A stretch of 64,000 nucleotides of DNA, taken from NCBI GenBank assembly GCA_051251855.1, contig JBPOGI010000003.1:32001-96000 (forward strand), written 5' to 3'. This document shows, one piece after another, positions 49,069-58,977 of this stretch (the stretch's first letter is position 1; each line of letters starts with the position of its first letter). Both the position numbers and the translations under genes were made by a program. The notes under the pieces are model-generated. The model was not told where the DNA came from, made no database searches, and saw only the letters and a program-made list of their open reading frames with translations. This DNA is from Roseibacillus sp. (GTDB lineage: Bacteria; Verrucomicrobiota; Verrucomicrobiia; Verrucomicrobiales; Akkermansiaceae).

Positions 49069-49563
49069 GTGACTCGCAAAGGTTCATTTTCCACCGAGGC
49101 CTCTGCTCAAAAAGTGACGCCTCCGTCCAAGAAAGAGACCTTCCCGCCTTCAGGGAAAGTAAAGCATCGGCCTCCGTTGCCTTGGCCGTGGGCGATGGGA
49201 GTCTTTCTTGTGCTACTGATTCTGCCAGTTTGGGCTGCAGTGGATTTGGCCAAGGGGATCGATTGGCGTTTTATCGCCACCTATTTTGGTCTGATTTCGG
49301 GGTTAACGTTCGTATTTTATTGGTCTGATAAGAGGAAAGCCCAACACGACCAGTGGCGTATTCCCGAGGAAACCCTGCATTTACTAGAAGTCCTTGGAGG
49401 CTGGCCTGCGGCTCTGCTCGCACAGCGAGTGCTAAGACATAAGACGAAAAAGAAGCGTTTTCAGGCTCTTTTCTGGCTCATTATTGGGATTCATCAGCTT
49501 CTTTCTTTTGAAGTGGTTACGGGCTGGTGGCTTTCACGGTCGATCTGGCAGGCTTTTGGCTAA
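49069..49563 (+). CDS. DUF1294 domain membrane protein
   Basis: YWSDKRKA...WRIPEETLHLLEVLGGWPAALLAQRVLRHKTKK. Confidence 0.88.
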   Translation: MTRKGSFSTEASAQKVTPPSKKETFPPSGKVKHRPPLPWPWAMGVFLVLLILPVWAAVDLAKGIDWRFIATYFGLISGLTFVFYWSDKRKAQHDQWRIPEETLHLLEVLGGWPAALLAQRVLRHKTKKKRFQALFWLIIGIHQLLSFEVVTGWWLSRSIWQAFG

Positions 49564-49664
49564 TAAATGGTTGATTTCATGGGCCGCTGACGGCTTCTCA
49601 GCGACTTCCGTCATAATTTGTTTGCATCCCTTCATCACTTCTCATTATCCTCTACCCCACACCA

Positions 49665-50144
49665 ATGAAACACCTTGCACTCATCGTAACCTCGCTTGTC
49701 GCCGCGCTTGTCTTCACATCATGCTGCGGCTCTCCCTTTAGCCTTTGCGGCAAGAACGTGGAGCTAAAGAACTGCAACGATTGTGGGCAGAAGCAAACTT
49801 TCGCTCACCAAGGGTGCGAGGGTAAGCGCTATGTTGAAAAGCAGGTGACTGAGTATGTTGAGGAGCAAATTGTCATCGAAGGCAAGAGCGCTAAGGGTGG
49901 CAAAGGTGGAATGACTACTGAGACCATCACTGTGCGTCGTCCAGTTGTGAAGACTGTCCGCGAAGAAGTTCCTTGTGGTGATTGTGGCTCCAAGTTCTGT
50001 GCAACTCCCGATTGTTGTGGAATCGTTCCTGTCTCTGTATTGAGCCGTGCGACTGCTCAAGGCGGAACGGGTGAGCCTCACGTTGGAACTATTCCTACCA
50101 TGAAGGTTCTCGTTTCTGGTGCGAGAGATAACAACGACCTCTAA
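49665..50144 (+). CDS. Cysteine-rich lipoprotein, function unknown
   Basis: Lipobox VFTS-C and 11 Cys in CC/CxxC clusters, followed by a terminator. Confidence 0.75.
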   Translation: MKHLALIVTSLVAALVFTSCCGSPFSLCGKNVELKNCNDCGQKQTFAHQGCEGKRYVEKQVTEYVEEQIVIEGKSAKGGKGGMTTETITVRRPVVKTVREEVPCGDCGSKFCATPDCCGIVPVSVLSRATAQGGTGEPHVGTIPTMKVLVSGARDNNDL

Positions 50145-50153
50145 ATTTTCTCT

Positions 50154-50480
50154 GTGAAAAATTTCTTAAAGGCCGGGCCGAGATGGTCCGGCTTTTTTTT
50201 ATCTGGAATTGTCGTCTCTGGCCTTGCTCTATGTAGCTGCCAAACCCCTCCTGCGGTTCAAGAGCCAATGCCAAAGAAGACATCTCGCAAGGATGGTCCT
50301 ACCCGCTCCTATCTTGGACTTACCAAGAAGGAAGCGGTTGTTAAAGCGCGTGAGATGGGATTGCGTAGTCGCATTGTGCGAGATGAATTTGAACGCTTTC
50401 CGATGACCAAGGATCTGCGAGCTGATCGCATTAACTTTGAAATTGATAAGGGTTTAGTGACGGTAGCGAAGATGTTCTAG
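50154..50480 (+). CDS. Putative lipoprotein, peptidase inhibitor I78/I13-like
   Basis: LALCSC lipobox and the reactive-loop pattern YLGL...RIV...MTKDLRADRINFEIDKGLV. Start uncertain. Confidence 0.6.
   Translation: MKNFLKAGPRWSGFFLSGIVVSGLALCSCQTPPAVQEPMPKKTSRKDGPTRSYLGLTKKEAVVKAREMGLRSRIVRDEFERFPMTKDLRADRINFEIDKGLVTVAKMF
50172..50200 (+). terminator. Rho-independent terminator
   Basis: GCCGGGCC-gagat-GGTCCGGC followed by T8. Confidence 0.85.
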
Positions 50481-50505
50481 CTTTCGCTAAGAATCCTTGT
50501 TTCCG

Positions 50506-51006
50506 ATGTCTAAAATCACAATCAAAGGCACTCTTAACTTTAAGGAGTATCTGGAGTGCCATAAAATTCTAGCTGCGAAACGGCGTCATTGGCTACGCTC
50601 GATCTACGCATTGATAGGGCTCGCAGCACTGATATATGCCTTCTTTGTTTCGGAAAGTCGGCCGGAGTGGGCCCTCGTTTTGTTTGGAGGCTTTTTTCTT
50701 CTCTATGCGACGCTCATCTCTCCCATCCAATTCGCCTATAGGGTGGAGAAGAACTGGAAGAAGTATCCTCGGGTCAAAAGGGAATTTGAAATTGTCGTCA
50801 CTGAAGACGGAGTCGCTACTAGGGATGATAAGGGCCATCTAGCGCACTTGAACTGGAGCAGTTTCTATAAGTATCGAGAGAGTTCCTCTCTCTTTCTCCT
50901 CTATGTTTCTCCATTGCTCCCGCAAGCGCTTCCAAAGAGGTTGGTTCTCGCGCAAGAGATCGAGGATTTGCGTGCGGTGCTGACATCGAAGATGCCTCAA
51001 AATTGA
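50506..51006 (+). CDS. YcxB-like membrane protein
   Basis: Two TM helices, then TEDGV...LNWSSFYKYRES...FLLY...LPKR. Confidence 0.75.
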   Translation: MSKITIKGTLNFKEYLECHKILAAKRRHWLRSIYALIGLAALIYAFFVSESRPEWALVLFGGFFLLYATLISPIQFAYRVEKNWKKYPRVKREFEIVVTEDGVATRDDKGHLAHLNWSSFYKYRESSSLFLLYVSPLLPQALPKRLVLAQEIEDLRAVLTSKMPQN

Positions 51007-51247
51007 GCCTAGATCTTCGAAACAGGAGCAATCAGGTTGGATTTGCTTACGAGGAAAAGGGCTCTTATTCAAACCTTCCGAAGCCACGGGATAGGAGTTT
51101 GCCAGACCAATCCTATGGCTCAAAAGTAGATGCTATCTTGCTCTCAAACTAGATTTTCCAAGATAACTTTTCGAACAAAATAACGAACCTAAAATTCTTG
51201 TTCGCGGGCCTATGAAAGAAGGAGGCATCATTGAATGCTGAAGGGCC

Positions 51248-52318
51248 TCACTGGTCGCCGGAGAGGATAGGCTCCAGCGCAGGAAATCCCGAGGAGACTT
51301 GCTGATGAGAGGAACTCAGAATGCGGGAGTGAATGTCAGTCGAAGGAGAGAGGCCACTGAAGAAGGTGGGATCCACGCAGGCAGCAGTGGCAAGAGGATC
51401 CGACATCAATCCGTTTTGAGCCACAACGGTAGCAAGGAGCGAGTCCGTGGTCCCGAGACCGGTAGAGGGGTCGATGATGTGTGAGTATCGTCGACCTTCA
51501 ATATCAACAAATTGCTGCAAATCGCCAGAAGTCGAGATCGCGCAATCACTGACGAGCATTGTTGCGGAAAGCTCATTCTTAAAGTCTTGGAGTCCAACAG
51601 ACCAACCTGCCTTCTTGGGTGGAGCTTGACCACAGCGGACATCACCCCCGACAAGAATGAGTGCCGACGGCATACCCTTACTTTTGAGGACCTCGAGCAT
51701 TTGATCGGCGGCATAGCCCTTTGCTAAGCCTCCCAAATCGAGTCGTATCCCGTCTTTAAACTTACGAATTTTCTCCGTCTTAAGATCAACCTCGACGAGC
51801 TCCCAACCGGAAAGCTCACGCGCCAAGTCAAGAGTCTCAGTGGAGGGGAGCTTCTTTGCTTCCTTCGTCTCGCGCCAAAGATGAGTCATACTTCCGAGGG
51901 TCGGATCGTAAGACCCGTTGGTTAAGTCGGCGAGCTCAAGGCCATAGGCAACCATGGTGAGAAGGTCTTCGGAGGCGGGAAGCCATTTTCCAGCTTCAGC
52001 GGCATTGAATCGGGTGAGCTCGCTATCGGGTAAATAGTCAGAAGCGATCTGATTGATTTCTTCACCACGGATAAAGGCTGCGGCGATTGCATCATCAGCA
52101 TTTTCGGCGGAGTCGGCGTAAACCGTGACTGAGGCCATGGTACCCATTAGAGACTTCTGAGCTTGGTAGCGGTCCAGAACGATGACCGGTGGCTCTTCTA
52201 GGTAATTCTTCTTCTGTTCGAGATAGAACCAAATTCCCGCCATTGCGATAATGGCCAGAATCAGGGCAATGAAGAAGAATTTTGCTTTCTTCGGTTTAGG
52301 GGGTATTGATTTTGGCAT
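51248..52318 (-). CDS. apbE: FAD:protein FMN transferase
   Basis: MGT, SELTRFN, LDLGGLAKGYAAD, GGD, STSGD and YSHIIDPSTG, with an N-terminal TM anchor. Confidence 0.93.
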   Translation of the reverse strand: MPKSIPPKPKKAKFFFIALILAIIAMAGIWFYLEQKKNYLEEPPVIVLDRYQAQKSLMGTMASVTVYADSAENADDAIAAAFIRGEEINQIASDYLPDSELTRFNAAEAGKWLPASEDLLTMVAYGLELADLTNGSYDPTLGSMTHLWRETKEAKKLPSTETLDLARELSGWELVEVDLKTEKIRKFKDGIRLDLGGLAKGYAADQMLEVLKSKGMPSALILVGGDVRCGQAPPKKAGWSVGLQDFKNELSATMLVSDCAISTSGDLQQFVDIEGRRYSHIIDPSTGLGTTDSLLATVVAQNGLMSDPLATAACVDPTFFSGLSPSTDIHSRILSSSHQQVSSGFPALEPILSGDQ

Positions 52319-52820
52319 GAAGAATTTCGTCGCTGTCTGGTCTACTGTAATCGCAATGACTGGTTTCGTCCAAGCTGGAGAGTTGGCAGTGGGACAACCA
52401 ATTCCCGAAGTGAAGGTGAAGAATCAAAATGATGTCCTAGTGGACCTCGCCAAGACAGCGAAAGAGGGCTGGGTTCTTGTCTACTTCTACCCGAAAGCCG
52501 ATACCCCTGGGTGCACCAAGCAGGCTTGCTCGCTGCGGGATGCCTATGTGCAATTGACCGACCAGGGAGTGAAGGTTTACGGAGTCTCTACTGATAGCGT
52601 AGAAGCGCAGAAGAAGTTTGCGGAGAAGTATCAGCTGCCGTTTGAACTTCTTGCGGATAAGGGAAAAAAGCTGGTTACGGCCTTCGGAGTGCCAGCCGGA
52701 ATGGGCTTTGCAAAGCGACAGGCCTATTTGTTTAAGGATGGCACCTTGGTCTGGCGTGACTTAAAGGCGTCGACAGAGAAGCAAGCGACAGACGTTTTGG
52801 CCGTGATCAAAGAGTCGTAG
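52317..52820 (+). CDS. bcp: Peroxiredoxin (BCP/PrxQ), with signal peptide
   Basis: YFYPKADTPGCTKQACSLRD, GVSTDS and LPFELLAD. ATG 52317. Confidence 0.9.
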   Translation: MKNFVAVWSTVIAMTGFVQAGELAVGQPIPEVKVKNQNDVLVDLAKTAKEGWVLVYFYPKADTPGCTKQACSLRDAYVQLTDQGVKVYGVSTDSVEAQKKFAEKYQLPFELLADKGKKLVTAFGVPAGMGFAKRQAYLFKDGTLVWRDLKASTEKQATDVLAVIKES

Positions 52821-52869
52821 AGTGCGCTCCGTGCTTGTCAGGATGGGTCCTGCCCTCTTCACTGCGGGT

Positions 52870-53178
52870 ATGGAACACCATGTCTATTTCTGGTTAAAAG
52901 AGGAGAAGAAGAATTCCGAAGATCGAGCGGCTTTTGAGGTGGGCTTGAAGAATCTCTTTAAGATTAAGGAAGTTGCCAGCGGAGTCTGGGCCACTCCCGC
53001 CAAGACTGCTGTTAGGCCTGTGACCGAAAATACTTGGGATTACGCGCTTTCAATCAAGTTTGCTTCCCAAGTGGAGCACGACATTTATCAAGACCATCCC
53101 GAGCACGATGTCTTTGTGGATGAATTTAAAGACTACTGGTCTCAGGTCCAAGTAATGGATCTCGAAGAAGGCCGTTAG
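52870..53178 (+). CDS. Dabb (stress-responsive A/B barrel) protein
   Basis: HHVYFWLK, WDYAL and YQDHPEH..FV. Confidence 0.85.
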   Translation: MEHHVYFWLKEEKKNSEDRAAFEVGLKNLFKIKEVASGVWATPAKTAVRPVTENTWDYALSIKFASQVEHDIYQDHPEHDVFVDEFKDYWSQVQVMDLEEGR

Positions 53179-53268
53179 AGCGGACCGATGGGCGTGGGTT
53201 CTGATTTCCTCGGCACCCATTGATACTCAATTGCGACGGGGTTGGGAGTAGCCTACTTTGATAGTGTT

Positions 53269-53703
53269 ATGAAAATGATCATTGCCGCTATCGATTTCTC
53301 AGATGTCAGTACCAAGGTTCTTGAGCAAACGGCTGAACTTGCCAAAGCCACGGGAGCGCAAGTTCTTATTGTTCACGCCATTGAACAGCTGACGTCCTTC
53401 TATGATATTTATGGTTATACCGTTCCGGATATCGGTGACTTCGAGAATCACGCTCGTGAGCGCGCCGAAGCAGCTCTAAAGGAGAGAGCTGAGACCTTGA
53501 AGTTGCCTGCCGACCAAGTGCGGGTTCAAGTCTTGGAGGGAGGGATGCTCGAGACTCTCGTTGCCTGTGCGAAGGAGAACGAGGCCGACCTTTTAGTCCT
53601 CGGCAGCCACGGTCATGGTGTGGTCGCTCGGGTGCTTCTTGGTTCCACTGCGCAGAGGGTGATTAATCAGGCAACCGTTCCTACTCTGATTGTTCCTGCA
53701 TAG
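53269..53703 (+). CDS. Universal stress protein
   Basis: IAAIDFS and ADLLVLGSHGHG...LLGSTAQRVI...VPTLIVP. Confidence 0.9.
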   Translation: MKMIIAAIDFSDVSTKVLEQTAELAKATGAQVLIVHAIEQLTSFYDIYGYTVPDIGDFENHARERAEAALKERAETLKLPADQVRVQVLEGGMLETLVACAKENEADLLVLGSHGHGVVARVLLGSTAQRVINQATVPTLIVPA

Positions 53704-53754
53704 TGGCCGACCTTTCGGCTTTTGACTCGCACGAAAATCACGTAGACTCACCTT

Positions 53755-54669
53755 GTGAGTAATGTGGTAACAAGCTTTCCCGATAGGCGATTATCTCCCG
53801 CGATCGATCAAGTCGGTGTTGAAGAGCGAGCAGCACGGTTTTGCACTCGGAGTATTAAGAAGGAGAGCAAGCTCTCGGTTCTCAGGCTGGCGGTAACAAT
53901 GCTGGATGTAACCACTCTCGAAGGTGCTGATTCTGAGGGCAAGGTGCGGCAGATGTGTGGCAAGGCTTTGCGACCTCTTCCGGGCGATCTCTCGGTGGGA
54001 CCTACCGCAGCAGTATGCGTGTATCCGCGGATGGTTAAAGTAGCGGCCAAGGCCGTTGCGGGTAGCAGCGTGAAGGTGGCAGCAGTAGCGACTGCGTTTC
54101 CAAGTGGTCAAATGCGGCTCAAGGAGCGAGTGGCTGAGATTAAGTATGCAGTAGGAGAAGGTGCGGATGAGATCGACATGGTGATTTCTCGCGGCCAGTT
54201 TTTACAGGGAGAGTACCGCGCTATTTTTGATGAAATTGCGAGCTGCAAGGAGGCTTGCGGGAAGGCGCACCTCAAGGTAATTCTCGAGACTGGCGAGCTT
54301 GTTACCTATGATCAAGTTCGTTGGGCTAGTGACATTGCGATGGCCGCAGGGGGCGACTTTATTAAAACCTCCACCGGCAAGGTGAGTCCTGCGGCAACGC
54401 TTCCGGTGACGCTCGTGATGTTGCAAGCGATTGAAGATTTTTACGAACGAACCGGCCGCATGGTGGGGATGAAGCCAGCGGGCGGCATCAGTAATGCGAA
54501 GTTGGCGCTGCAATATCTCGTCATGGTCAAAGAAGTGCTGGGTGAGAAGTGGCTGACCAATGAGTGGTTCCGCTTCGGAGCCAGTTCGTTGACCAACGAC
54601 CTATTGATGCAAATTCGCAAACAAGAAACCGGCCGCTACCAGAGCGGAGACTACTTTACGAAAGACTGA
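53755..54669 (+). CDS. deoC: Deoxyribose-phosphate aldolase
   Basis: DVTTLEGAD, AAVCVYP, GADEIDMVI, LKVILETGEL, FIKTSTGK, KPAGGI and FRFGASSL. Confidence 0.95.
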   Translation: MSNVVTSFPDRRLSPAIDQVGVEERAARFCTRSIKKESKLSVLRLAVTMLDVTTLEGADSEGKVRQMCGKALRPLPGDLSVGPTAAVCVYPRMVKVAAKAVAGSSVKVAAVATAFPSGQMRLKERVAEIKYAVGEGADEIDMVISRGQFLQGEYRAIFDEIASCKEACGKAHLKVILETGELVTYDQVRWASDIAMAAGGDFIKTSTGKVSPAATLPVTLVMLQAIEDFYERTGRMVGMKPAGGISNAKLALQYLVMVKEVLGEKWLTNEWFRFGASSLTNDLLMQIRKQETGRYQSGDYFTKD

Positions 54670-54705
54670 TCACTCGCGACCGCGATCCAACGAACACAAT
54701 TTTCC

Positions 54706-56169
54706 ATGGCTACCAAATCTAATCCCGGCCCTCATCATTTCGTCTTTGGCGATTATGCTCCTGCACCTGAATCTTCAGATCATGTGCTTCTCGAAAAAAA
54801 TTACGACCTCTACATCGACGGGAAGTGGGTGAAGGCCCCTTCTCGTTTCAAGACCGTCAACCCAGCGACCGAAGAAGTGATCGCGGAAGTGGGGCTGGCA
54901 GGAAAGAAGGAAGTCAATCTCGCTGTTAAGGCCGCTCGCAAGGCTTTCGAAGGACCTTGGGGAAAAATGAGTGGTGCTGAGCGTGGTAAGTACCTCTTTC
55001 GTATCGCACGACTCATCCAAGAGCGCGCCCGCGAGTTTGCGATTATCGAGACGATGGACGGAGGTAAGCCTATTCGTGAAAGCAGGGACGTCGACATTCC
55101 CCTAGTGGCGGCTCACTTTTTCTACCATGCAGGTTGGGCGGATAAGCTCGACTATGCGTTTCCTGGCAAGAAACCCAAGCCACTCGGAGTGGTTGGTCAG
55201 GTTATTCCTTGGAACTTTCCCCTTCTCATGGCGGCTTGGAAAATTGCGCCCGCTCTCGCCTGTGGAAACACGGTGGTCTTAAAGCCTGCCGAAACGACGC
55301 CTTTGACCGCACTCAAGCTAGCAGAGCTTTTTGAGGATGCAGGATTGCCTCCAGGGGTAGTGAACATTGTCACCGGCGCGGGTGAAACAGGGCAAGCTCT
55401 CGTCGAACACCCCGATGTAGATAAAGTCGCTTTCACCGGTTCAACCGGAGTGGGCAAGAATATCCGCCGCGCTCTTGCCGGCACTGATAAGAAGTTCACT
55501 CTCGAACTAGGAGGCAAGGCTGCGAACATTATTTTCGAAGATGCGGCCATCAACGAAGCGGTGGAAGGAATTGTGAATGGAATCTTCTTCAACCAAGGTC
55601 ATGTCTGTTGCGCCGGTTCACGCCTCTTTGTCCAAGAGAGCATCGCAAACCAGGTGATTCGCAAGCTGCAGAAGCGCATGGAGACCCTCGTAGTAGGCAA
55701 TCCCCTTGATAAAAACACAGACATCGGCGCTATTAATTCTTCCGAACAACTGCAGCGTATCAAAACTCTTGTCGACGTTGGCAAAGAAGAAGGAGCTTCT
55801 CTCTGGCAAACAGAAGGTCGTCTCCCTCGCAAAGGATTCTGGTTCAAGCCGACCCTCTTTACCGAATGCGCCCAGAGCAGTCGCGTGGTGCAAGAAGAAA
55901 TCTTTGGGCCCGTGCTTGCAATTCAGACTTTCCGCACGCCGAAGGAAGCCATCGAGAAAGCGAACAATACGCCGTATGGTTTGAGCGGAGGAGTTTGGTC
56001 TGACAAGGGCTCTAAAGTCTTTAAGATGACCGGTAACCTGAAGGCGGGAGTTGTCTGGGCGAATACCTTTAACAAGTTTGACCCCACCTCACCATTTGGC
56101 GGTTATAAGGAATCCGGTATTGGCCGCGAAGGCGGCGTGCATGGATTGGCGGCTTACTTGGATTTCTAA
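54706..56169 (+). CDS. Aldehyde dehydrogenase (likely acetaldehyde, deoC-linked)
   Basis: IPWNFP, FTGSTGVG, LELGGK, GHVCCAGSR, EEIFGPV and PFGGYKESG. Confidence 0.93.
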   Translation: MATKSNPGPHHFVFGDYAPAPESSDHVLLEKNYDLYIDGKWVKAPSRFKTVNPATEEVIAEVGLAGKKEVNLAVKAARKAFEGPWGKMSGAERGKYLFRIARLIQERAREFAIIETMDGGKPIRESRDVDIPLVAAHFFYHAGWADKLDYAFPGKKPKPLGVVGQVIPWNFPLLMAAWKIAPALACGNTVVLKPAETTPLTALKLAELFEDAGLPPGVVNIVTGAGETGQALVEHPDVDKVAFTGSTGVGKNIRRALAGTDKKFTLELGGKAANIIFEDAAINEAVEGIVNGIFFNQGHVCCAGSRLFVQESIANQVIRKLQKRMETLVVGNPLDKNTDIGAINSSEQLQRIKTLVDVGKEEGASLWQTEGRLPRKGFWFKPTLFTECAQSSRVVQEEIFGPVLAIQTFRTPKEAIEKANNTPYGLSGGVWSDKGSKVFKMTGNLKAGVVWANTFNKFDPTSPFGGYKESGIGREGGVHGLAAYLDF

Positions 56170-56196
56170 AGGGTGCTTTCGTTTTTCTGTTAGAGT

Positions 56197-56505
56197 ATGG
56201 GCTACCCGCAAGAGCGAAGAAGAGAACTCTGGTTTGCCATTTCAGTTGCGCTCGTGTTGTTTCTTGCGATTGCTGGAATTGCTATCTTGCAGCGGGAACT
56301 AATCGTATTCTTTTTCGCCGTACCATTCGCTCTCGTATTGCCCATTCTTCTCTGGAAAGTGAAGAAGTCAGACAAAGTCTTCGAGGCTGAGCTAAAACGT
56401 GAAGAACGGTTCATTCAGAACCATCCTATCTTCAGTATCTTGCTGCTGGTTGCCTCTACGCTCTGTGGAATTTGGTATCTTGTTACCGCTTTGAGCAAGA
56501 CTTAG
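56197..56505 (+). CDS. Small hypothetical membrane protein (3 TM)
   Basis: 102-aa hydrophobic ORF following the aldehyde dehydrogenase. Confidence 0.55.
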   Translation: MGYPQERRRELWFAISVALVLFLAIAGIAILQRELIVFFFAVPFALVLPILLWKVKKSDKVFEAELKREERFIQNHPIFSILLLVASTLCGIWYLVTALSKT

Positions 56506-56653
56506 GAGCGAGATTTCTCTCATCAGATAGCTTTCTCGCAGAACCGGCTCCACATTGAGATTGGGTTGCTGACAACGCGAGAAGCGAGGATGGAAAACAC
56601 ACCAGCTCAGCCAGCTTTGTTACCAAAGCAACTCCATAGAGTATGTGGCTAGG

Positions 56654-57403
56654 TTAGTTCTTTGAAGAACGCCCACGACGCAGAAGAGCGCAGCTCCCTA
56701 AGAGAAGAAGAAGGCTTGAGGAGGGCTCAGGGATGGCGGTTCCGGTAATCAAAATGTTATCGAAACGGAGATCGTCGTTTCCGTCAAAGTCGTCGAACCT
56801 CAAGGAGAGAACTGGTTGGTTGTTGAGAGCGGTGACGGAGCTCAAGTCGAGCACTTGTTCCACGAATCCTGCATCGAGATTCAGACCAGCTGTAAAAGGC
56901 TCGTTGTTAAAGATTTCTGAGGAAACACCTCCCTCGAAGTCTTTGATCGTACCAACCACATCCATGGCTTCAGAAGTGTCGGCCAAAATATTCGGGCTAT
57001 ATTTGAGGTCGAAGGATGTGATGCCTCCATCGGGATTTCCTTCAACATCGAATCGAATGGTGATGTCCTGATAACCAAGAGTGGATATTTGGATGAAAAA
57101 TTCAGCATCGTTTTCCCCGCCTTTGGCAGCATCGTCCCAAGCGAAACTTCTATCTTCGAGGGCGTTGATGCTGAACTCGGGAGCAGAAAAAGCGACTCCG
57201 CCTTTTCCATTCCCATCAGTATCTGCTCGTTGCTGAAAGAGGGTGCCAGATCCTTGGGTAACGGGATGGGTAATCTGGACGACTTCGTCTGCTTCACTAA
57301 AACCGTTATCGAAGTCCCAGAATGCAATGAGAGATGCGGACTGGGCGTTCGCGAGAAGAGCGGCGGTGACTCCTAGGCTGAGGACTGTGCTTTGATTCTT
57401 CAT
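56654..57403 (-). CDS. PEP-CTERM sorting-domain protein
   Basis: Signal peptide and C-terminal IPEPSSSLLLLLGSCALLRRGR. Confidence 0.9.
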   Translation of the reverse strand: MKNQSTVLSLGVTAALLANAQSASLIAFWDFDNGFSEADEVVQITHPVTQGSGTLFQQRADTDGNGKGGVAFSAPEFSINALEDRSFAWDDAAKGGENDAEFFIQISTLGYQDITIRFDVEGNPDGGITSFDLKYSPNILADTSEAMDVVGTIKDFEGGVSSEIFNNEPFTAGLNLDAGFVEQVLDLSSVTALNNQPVLSLRFDDFDGNDDLRFDNILITGTAIPEPSSSLLLLLGSCALLRRGRSSKN

Positions 57404-57652
57404 AGTGGGACCATTTCTTGGTGAGGCGTTGACGCTAGCGGCCGAAAACTATTGAGGCAAATGTTAGTTTACAGACTTTTGGATTCAATTTTGAGGAGGC
57501 TCAAGCAAGAACTCTTTTTGGTTCTTGGGGAGGGGATGTCTGTTCCTGCTTAAGAATGAAAGCTCCTCAAATGGCCACTGTCTTAACCTTTGTTGGTTAC
57601 AAAGAATCTAGCTTCCTCTGCAAAAGTGAGCTGGATGAATTAGCTGCTTCAC

Positions 57653-57890
57653 TTATTTCACAAACCAGTTGAGAGCTTCTTCGGCGAGGCGATCAGGTTC
57701 TGTGTGAGCAAGCACTTGGTCGGCTTCACTGAAGTTCATAAGTGGGACGAGGTATTCTTTTCCCTTCATGGAGAGAACTACTGTTTCGGCCTCAAGTTGG
57801 ACGAGTTCGGCCTCGATGACCTTGTCGTCTTTGTTCGTTCATTCTCGCGCTTGGAAGGAGTGGGAGGTGAGAGTCTTGATTATTAGGTGA
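57653..57890 (-). pseudogene. SHD1 (SLA1 homology domain 1)-like gene remnant
   Basis: Minus frame reads FQARE*TNKDDKVIEAELVQLEAETVVLSMKGKEYLVPLMNFSEADQ, with TGA (57841-57839) at the conserved Trp of R-x-W-T. No start codon upstream. Confidence 0.65.
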
Positions 57891-57966
57891 AGCCCTTAGC
57901 TTTGATTTTGAACGGAGATTGACGTTGTCGTTGACGAGGACTGAAGTGGACGCTCCTCTTGGATAT

Positions 57967-58001
57967 AAAAAAACGGCGACTTCCGAGGAAGTCGCCGTTT
58001 T
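57967..58001 (-). terminator. Rho-independent terminator of sucCD (possibly bidirectional)
   Basis: AAAAAAACGGCGACTTCC-ga-GGAAGTCGCCGTTTT. Confidence 0.9.
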
Positions 58002-58023
58002 GGGTAAAAGGGATTGTATAGGA

Positions 58024-58932
58024 TTACCTACCCCAGGCTTCCATGAGCGAGCGGCCCATGTCGGCAGGAGTTTCCGCGACGGCGAGGCCGCATTCCTTGA
58101 GGATGCGCTTTTTGGCTTGGGCGGTGTCGTCTTCGCCACCAACGATGGCTCCGGCGTGGCCCATGCGGCGTCCCGGAGGAGCTGTGGCTCCGGCGATGAA
58201 GGCAGCAACGGGCTTTTTGCAGTTGTCCTTGATCCAACGGCCGGCTTCGACTTCGGCGTCGCCACCGATTTCTCCGATAAGGATGATGGCTTCGGTTTCG
58301 TCGTCGTCGTTGAACATCTTGACGATGTCCAAGTGAGAGGTGCCGTTGATGGGGTCGCCACCGATGCCGACGCAGGTGCTCTGACCTTCCCCGACTTGGC
58401 TGACTTGCCAGACCGCTTCGTAGGTGAGAGTTCCGGAGCGGGAAACGATGCCCACGCTGCCGCGCTTGTGAATGTGTCCGGGGGCGATGCCGATGCGGCA
58501 ACCACCGTGGGAACCTTCTCCGCGACCAGGAGTGACAAGGCCGGGGCAGTTGGGTCCAATGAGGCGGGTCTTGCAACCCTCGGCCATGATGGACTTGACC
58601 TTCATCATGTCCATGACGGGGATGCCTTCGGTGATGGCGACGGCGAGTTCAAGCTCGGCATCAACTGCTTCCAAAATCGCATCCGCCGCGAAGGGAGGAG
58701 GCACGAAGATGGCGCTGGCAGTGGCCCCAGTCTCTTTCGCGGCCTCGGCCACGGTGTCGAAGATGGGCACTTTGGCGCCGTTGTGCTCAAAGAATTGTCC
58801 GCCTTTGCCAGGAGTGACACCCGCGACAAGCTGGGTGCCGTAATCGAGGCTAAGCCCCGCGTGACGGCCTCCGAAGCCGCCAGTGATTCCCTGCACGAGG
58901 ACCTTTGTGTTTTCGTCTACTAAAATAGCCAT
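58024..58932 (-). CDS. sucD: Succinate--CoA ligase alpha
   Basis: [22 protein letters not shown] and RMGHAGA. Confidence 0.97.
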   Translation of the reverse strand: MAILVDENTKVLVQGITGGFGGRHAGLSLDYGTQLVAGVTPGKGGQFFEHNGAKVPIFDTVAEAAKETGATASAIFVPPPFAADAILEAVDAELELAVAITEGIPVMDMMKVKSIMAEGCKTRLIGPNCPGLVTPGRGEGSHGGCRIGIAPGHIHKRGSVGIVSRSGTLTYEAVWQVSQVGEGQSTCVGIGGDPINGTSHLDIVKMFNDDDETEAIILIGEIGGDAEVEAGRWIKDNCKKPVAAFIAGATAPPGRRMGHAGAIVGGEDDTAQAKKRILKECGLAVAETPADMGRSLMEAWGR

Positions 58933-58977
58933 AAGAAAAGTTTGTTAGTGTTCAGTTTGTTAGTTTTTCAGTCCTGA

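Noticed and set aside
57839..57841. UGA as Trp (genetic code 4) or Sec in the SHD1 remnant
   Set aside because: UGA terminates intact genes in this window (deoC, POP, apbE), and no SECIS-like hairpin or start codon is evident.
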